Assembly (NCBI GenBank): GCA_963816185.1 | Contig: CAWFJJ010000008.1 | Span: forward strand, 192,001-256,000 | DNA from: Thermoanaerobaculia bacterium | GTDB taxonomy: Bacteria > Acidobacteriota > Thermoanaerobaculia > UBA5066 | DNA: 64,000 nt | Reading direction: 5' to 3' | In this document: piece after piece, positions 60,357 to 64,000 of the stretch | Position numbering within the stretch: the stretch's first letter is position 1 | Layout of the letters: every line of letters begins with the position of its first letter | The notes under the pieces: model-generated | What the model saw: only the letters and a program-made list of their open reading frames with translations | Told to the model about the DNA's origin: nothing | The model's database searches: none | Position numbers and translations under genes: made by a program

Positions 60357-63179
60357 TTAGAAGTCCAGACGAGCCGTCAGGACGAAGCGCCTCGGCGCGG
60401 CCCAAGCCGTCGGCGTCCCGAAGGCCGGGTTTGGCTGAGAGGTTCCCTGCGGGCCGAGGGAGGTCGGCGGGTTGGCGTCCTCGTACGCGTCGAAGTACTT
60501 TATATCGTCGACGCTCAGAACGGTCTGCGTGTTGAAGAGGTTCTGGACGCGCGCTTCGAGACGAATGCCAAGAGTGTCCGACGGCTTGAACGTGTAGGCC
60601 GCGAGGAGATCGAAGTTCGTCCACGTCGGGAGCCGGTGCGAACCGGCTGGCTCGAGGTAGCGGCCGTAGTCTGTCGACGGCGTCCCCCCGCGAGCCTCCC
60701 ACGGTGTGCCGCTCTGGACGCGGAGGAAGCCGCCCACGGTGACGCCGAACGGAAGGTCGTATGTTCCCATCGCCTTGAAGATGATCGGGCGGTCCTGCCG
60801 CATGAGGCCGTCACGATTCGGTTCGGCCGAGTACCAGCCGGGCTCGTCCTCGAGGAACGAGGAGGTGTTGAAGAGGGCGAGTCCGTAGTCCTCGTCGAAG
60901 TTACCGGCCAGCTTGCTGTACGTGATGTTCGCGTCCGCGTACCAACGGTTCGCGTACCTCTTCGAGACGTCCAGCGTAACACCGTGGTAATGGCGCCGGG
61001 CGTCGGGGAAGTTCGCGGCCTGGAAGCTGCCGAAGTAGGTGTTCGAGTCGTAGGGGTTCGCGCCGATCCCGGTGTCCTCGAACGCGTTCTTGAGGTTCCG
61101 GTACTGGTAGTAGAGGTCGAAGGTGACGTCCTTCGTGAGTGCCGCCGAGTAGCCGAGGATGAATTCCTGGTAGTACGGCGGCTTGAGGTCGGTCGGGATG
61201 AACTTCCCTCCCGAGGAGCCCCGGTACTGCGAGCCGAGGAATCCGCCATAGGGCACCGAGCCGCAGCCCGTCGTGACGGTGCAGAAGTAGGCCTGGTCCT
61301 GACGAATCCGGAACGGCGCGAAGGACCGCGCCGTGGACTTCTGGTCCATGCCGGCGTATTCGCCATAGGTCGAATAGAGCTTGTCGCTGGAGAGCAGGTT
61401 CGGGTTCCAGGTGATGCCGAGGCGAGGCTGGACCTGCTGGCTCCAGCTGAACGTCATGAAGTTGAAACGCGTGTCGGACGTTTCCGCGGGCGTCCCGGTC
61501 GACCCGCAGACCTGGCCGGCTTTGCAAACCTGGGCGAAGTCGTCCTTGTTGGCGAGAACCCCGACGTAGATCGTCAGGTTCTTCATCGTGATCGTGTCCT
61601 GGATGAAAGCCGAGTACGTGCGCGCCTTGGAGTTCTGCGTCGGCTGGGAGGTGTAGTACCGGGCGCGGTCCGAGGCATACTTGGTACCGGTGCCACAGAC
61701 AGCGGTCGGGCAGGTCCCGCCGATCGCCCCCCAGAGGCCCCAGCCGTTCGTCGCGCGGACGGTGTCCATCGAATCGTCCTCGAAGCCGCCGCCCAGCTTG
61801 AACGCGTTCTGCGTCGGTCCGATGTCGAGATACTGGCTGAGCGTGGCCTTGACCTCGCTCCTCTTGTACCGGTCGCCGGTCTCGGCGAACTCGGGCAAGC
61901 CTCCGTTGTTGCTATGCCGATTCGGGTCGGGAAAGTAGCCGTACGCCGCGAGATTTTTCGGGTCGATCGTCATCGGCTGGAATGCAGGAACGAGATTCTG
62001 GCCCACAGACGTGTCGTTCTCCTGCAGGGCGACGTACTTCGCCTCGAAGACCGTGTCTTTCGACGCGAACCAGTCCGCTGTGAAATTCCCGACGTAGTTC
62101 GTCGTGTCGGTCCCGTAGCCGGCGGTGGGTGCGTCGTAGACCGAGTTGAACTGGTCCGTCCCTTTGTTCGGCAGCGCGCGGAAGCCCGCGTTGAGAAGGA
62201 GCGACTGGCCGATGAAGCCTGTCAGCTTTCCGAAGTAGTCGCCGTTGTGCGACTTCGAGTCGGGCTGCGTCGCCGTGGTGTTGTCGACCAGCGTGGCCGA
62301 CTGGCCGGTCGTCTTATTGTCGTAGTAAGCGCCCGAGACATATCCGAAGAGCATGTCCTTCACGATCGGGAACCCGAGGTTCGCCTGACCGCTGTAGTTG
62401 TTGACATTGGACTGCGTGCCGAAGTCTCGGTTCGCCTGAAAGGAAGACGGCGAAATGATGGCCTGCACGCTGCCGACGATCTGGTTCGTTCCCGACTTCG
62501 TGACGGCGTTGATCATCGCGCCCGATGTCCGGCCGAACTCGGCCGAGATGCCGCCCTTCTTCACGTTGAAGTCCGCGATGTCGAGCTGGTTCGTGTCGAC
62601 GCCGAGGAAGCCGTAGCCCGGGTTCGTGATGTTGACGCCGTCGAGGAGGTACTTGTTGTCCTGCCGCGTTCCGCCGGAGATCGAGACGAAGCCTTGTCCG
62701 TCCGAGGCGGCGGCCCCCGGTACGAGCTTCAGGACTCCCTCGTACGTCCGCGAGAGCGGCAGGTCCTTGATCGTGTTGTCGGTGAAGTTGAAGTTGACCT
62801 CGGAGGCCGTCTTGTCGATCTCGGCCGCGGCGCCGGTCACGACGACCTCTGCCTTCGTCGTCTGAACGAGCGTGAGCGCGAGCTGCGCATCGCTGTCGAC
62901 GAAGACCTTGACCTTGTGGCTCGCCGTACCGAGCCCCTGGAGCTCCGCGGTGACAACGTAGTCGCCGGGCAGAAGGACCGTGAACTTGAACGCGCCGTTC
63001 GCGTTCGTGACGGTGTCGCGGGGGGCCTGTGCGCCCGCGAGCTTCACGCTGGCGCCGGGAACGGGAGCACCGGTGCCGTCTTTCACGACGCCCGAGATCG
63101 ACCCCGTCTCGCCCGCCAACGCCGCGGTGGCCGTGACGAGAAGCACAAGTGAAATGAGAACACGCGAGATGAGCCTCAT
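60357..63179 (-). CDS. Oar-like TonB-dependent receptor with carboxypeptidase-regulatory-like N-terminal domain
   Basis: Signal peptide, G.I.G.V.D..GA.VPGA.V, LP..R, DGVNIT, AEFGR.SG..IN.VTKSGTN, NLFN, terminal F. Confidence 0.93.
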   Translation of the reverse strand: MRLISRVLISLVLLVTATAALAGETGSISGVVKDGTGAPVPGASVKLAGAQAPRDTVTNANGAFKFTVLLPGDYVVTAELQGLGTASHKVKVFVDSDAQLALTLVQTTKAEVVVTGAAAEIDKTASEVNFNFTDNTIKDLPLSRTYEGVLKLVPGAAASDGQGFVSISGGTRQDNKYLLDGVNITNPGYGFLGVDTNQLDIADFNVKKGGISAEFGRTSGAMINAVTKSGTNQIVGSVQAIISPSSFQANRDFGTQSNVNNYSGQANLGFPIVKDMLFGYVSGAYYDNKTTGQSATLVDNTTATQPDSKSHNGDYFGKLTGFIGQSLLLNAGFRALPNKGTDQFNSVYDAPTAGYGTDTTNYVGNFTADWFASKDTVFEAKYVALQENDTSVGQNLVPAFQPMTIDPKNLAAYGYFPDPNRHSNNGGLPEFAETGDRYKRSEVKATLSQYLDIGPTQNAFKLGGGFEDDSMDTVRATNGWGLWGAIGGTCPTAVCGTGTKYASDRARYYTSQPTQNSKARTYSAFIQDTITMKNLTIYVGVLANKDDFAQVCKAGQVCGSTGTPAETSDTRFNFMTFSWSQQVQPRLGITWNPNLLSSDKLYSTYGEYAGMDQKSTARSFAPFRIRQDQAYFCTVTTGCGSVPYGGFLGSQYRGSSGGKFIPTDLKPPYYQEFILGYSAALTKDVTFDLYYQYRNLKNAFEDTGIGANPYDSNTYFGSFQAANFPDARRHYHGVTLDVSKRYANRWYADANITYSKLAGNFDEDYGLALFNTSSFLEDEPGWYSAEPNRDGLMRQDRPIIFKAMGTYDLPFGVTVGGFLRVQSGTPWEARGGTPSTDYGRYLEPAGSHRLPTWTNFDLLAAYTFKPSDTLGIRLEARVQNLFNTQTVLSVDDIKYFDAYEDANPPTSLGPQGTSQPNPAFGTPTAWAAPRRFVLTARLDF

Positions 63180-63334
63180 GCCTGAACCTCCTCCTCCTCG
63201 AATCGAATGCGATACGAATTCACCGTGACTTTTATCACGAAAGAGCGCTCGCGATCGAGTGATCAGGGCGCATCCAATTCTTTGGAGCCGCCAGACTCCG
63301 ACGCGTCGGGTGAGGCGCTGCTAGAGTGCCGCCC

Positions 63335-63979
63335 GTGAGCGCGGCTCCGGCGCTTCTCTACCTTCACGGCCTCGCGTCCTCGCCGAAGGGCCGCAAGAGG
63401 GAGATGCTCGAGAGACGCTTCGCGGCGGAAGGCTGGAAGGTCGTCGCTCCAGATCTGAACGTCCCCTCTTTTCGCGAGCTCTCTTTCGCCGAGATGTGCG
63501 CCGAAGCGTTCGTGACCTGCGCGGAGGCGAGGCCGCGAGTCGTCGTCGGCAGCTCGCTCGGCGCCCTCGTGGCCCTCTCCGTGACGGGCATGCTCGAAAA
63601 CGGCCGCCCGCCGCTCGTCCTCGTCGCACCCGCGCTCGGATTCGGCGAAAGGTGGAAGTCGAAGCTGCCGGAAGGCGACGTTTTCGAGCTCTTCCACCAC
63701 GGCGAAGGCCGGCCGCTTCCCATCCATCGCGCCTTTTTCGAGGAGATGGCGGGCGTGCGCGTGGACGAAGCGGCGCCGCCCGTGCCGGTCTCGATGGTCA
63801 TGGGAACGCGCGACGAATCCGTGCCCTTCGATCAGGTCGCCGAGTCGTGGGCGCGGTGGGAAGCCTCGGGGCGCCTCGCTCCCGGCTCACTCTTCCACCG
63901 CGTCGAGGGCGGCGACCACGGCCTCATCGAGTTCGGCGACGAGATCGAGGCCGCTGTGAGAGAGCGGCTTTCGGGCTAA
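63335..63979 (+). CDS. YqiA/YcfP-family esterase
   Basis: LYLHGLASSP, PDLN, GSSLG, DE.VP, GDH. Confidence 0.9.
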   Translation: MSAAPALLYLHGLASSPKGRKREMLERRFAAEGWKVVAPDLNVPSFRELSFAEMCAEAFVTCAEARPRVVVGSSLGALVALSVTGMLENGRPPLVLVAPALGFGERWKSKLPEGDVFELFHHGEGRPLPIHRAFFEEMAGVRVDEAAPPVPVSMVMGTRDESVPFDQVAESWARWEASGRLAPGSLFHRVEGGDHGLIEFGDEIEAAVRERLSG

Positions 63980-64000
63980 ACGGACTTTGCCGAGGGCCGC

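Noticed and set aside
58329-63152. 1607-aa ORF and other long ORFs antisense to real genes (e.g. 29088-31193, 51181-53010)
   Set aside because: Shadow ORFs typical of high-GC DNA. The 1607-aa ORF is the frameshifted glycosyltransferase running into the antisense of the TonB receptor.
1-64000. CRISPR array, tRNA/rRNA, prophage or intact transposase
   Set aside because: No regularly spaced identical repeats or recognisable RNA genes or mobile-element ORFs seen. The dispersed motif is degenerate and irregularly spaced.

Overview
GC-rich bacterial chromosome segment. Gene content and a C-terminal 'TPCRVLDTR...DVTGYF' domain suggest Acidobacteriota, probably Thermoanaerobaculia (inference). It holds about 60 genes. 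Most are housekeeping or envelope genes (dxr-rseP-ispG, rpe, bamD, tatA, msrA, rlmN, pgeF, dps, ettA, a xanthine-dehydrogenase-family operon, a TonB-dependent receptor). There is also a tetraether-synthase (Tes)-like radical SAM gene, a peptidoglycan-recycling cluster with two unusual hydrolase fusions (47.2-56.9 kb) and a small AT-richer defence islet (34.2-38.1 kb: AbiEi, an AbiEii-WYL-Zn-finger fusion, a PD-(D/E)XK protein and two gene relics). The most unexpected signal is not a gene. It is an AT-rich motif (about CCTTC[T/G]AAGAAA[T/A]YCTY, often followed by a polypyrimidine tract) that recurs roughly 15 times on both strands. It sits mostly inside coding sequences, where it overrides codon bias, and often occurs as outward-facing inverted pairs. 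A two-copy double-hairpin element with compensatory substitutions sits among these motifs. Many genes look leaderless. Several single-base frameshifts are probably consensus errors. All calls are by eye, with no database searches.
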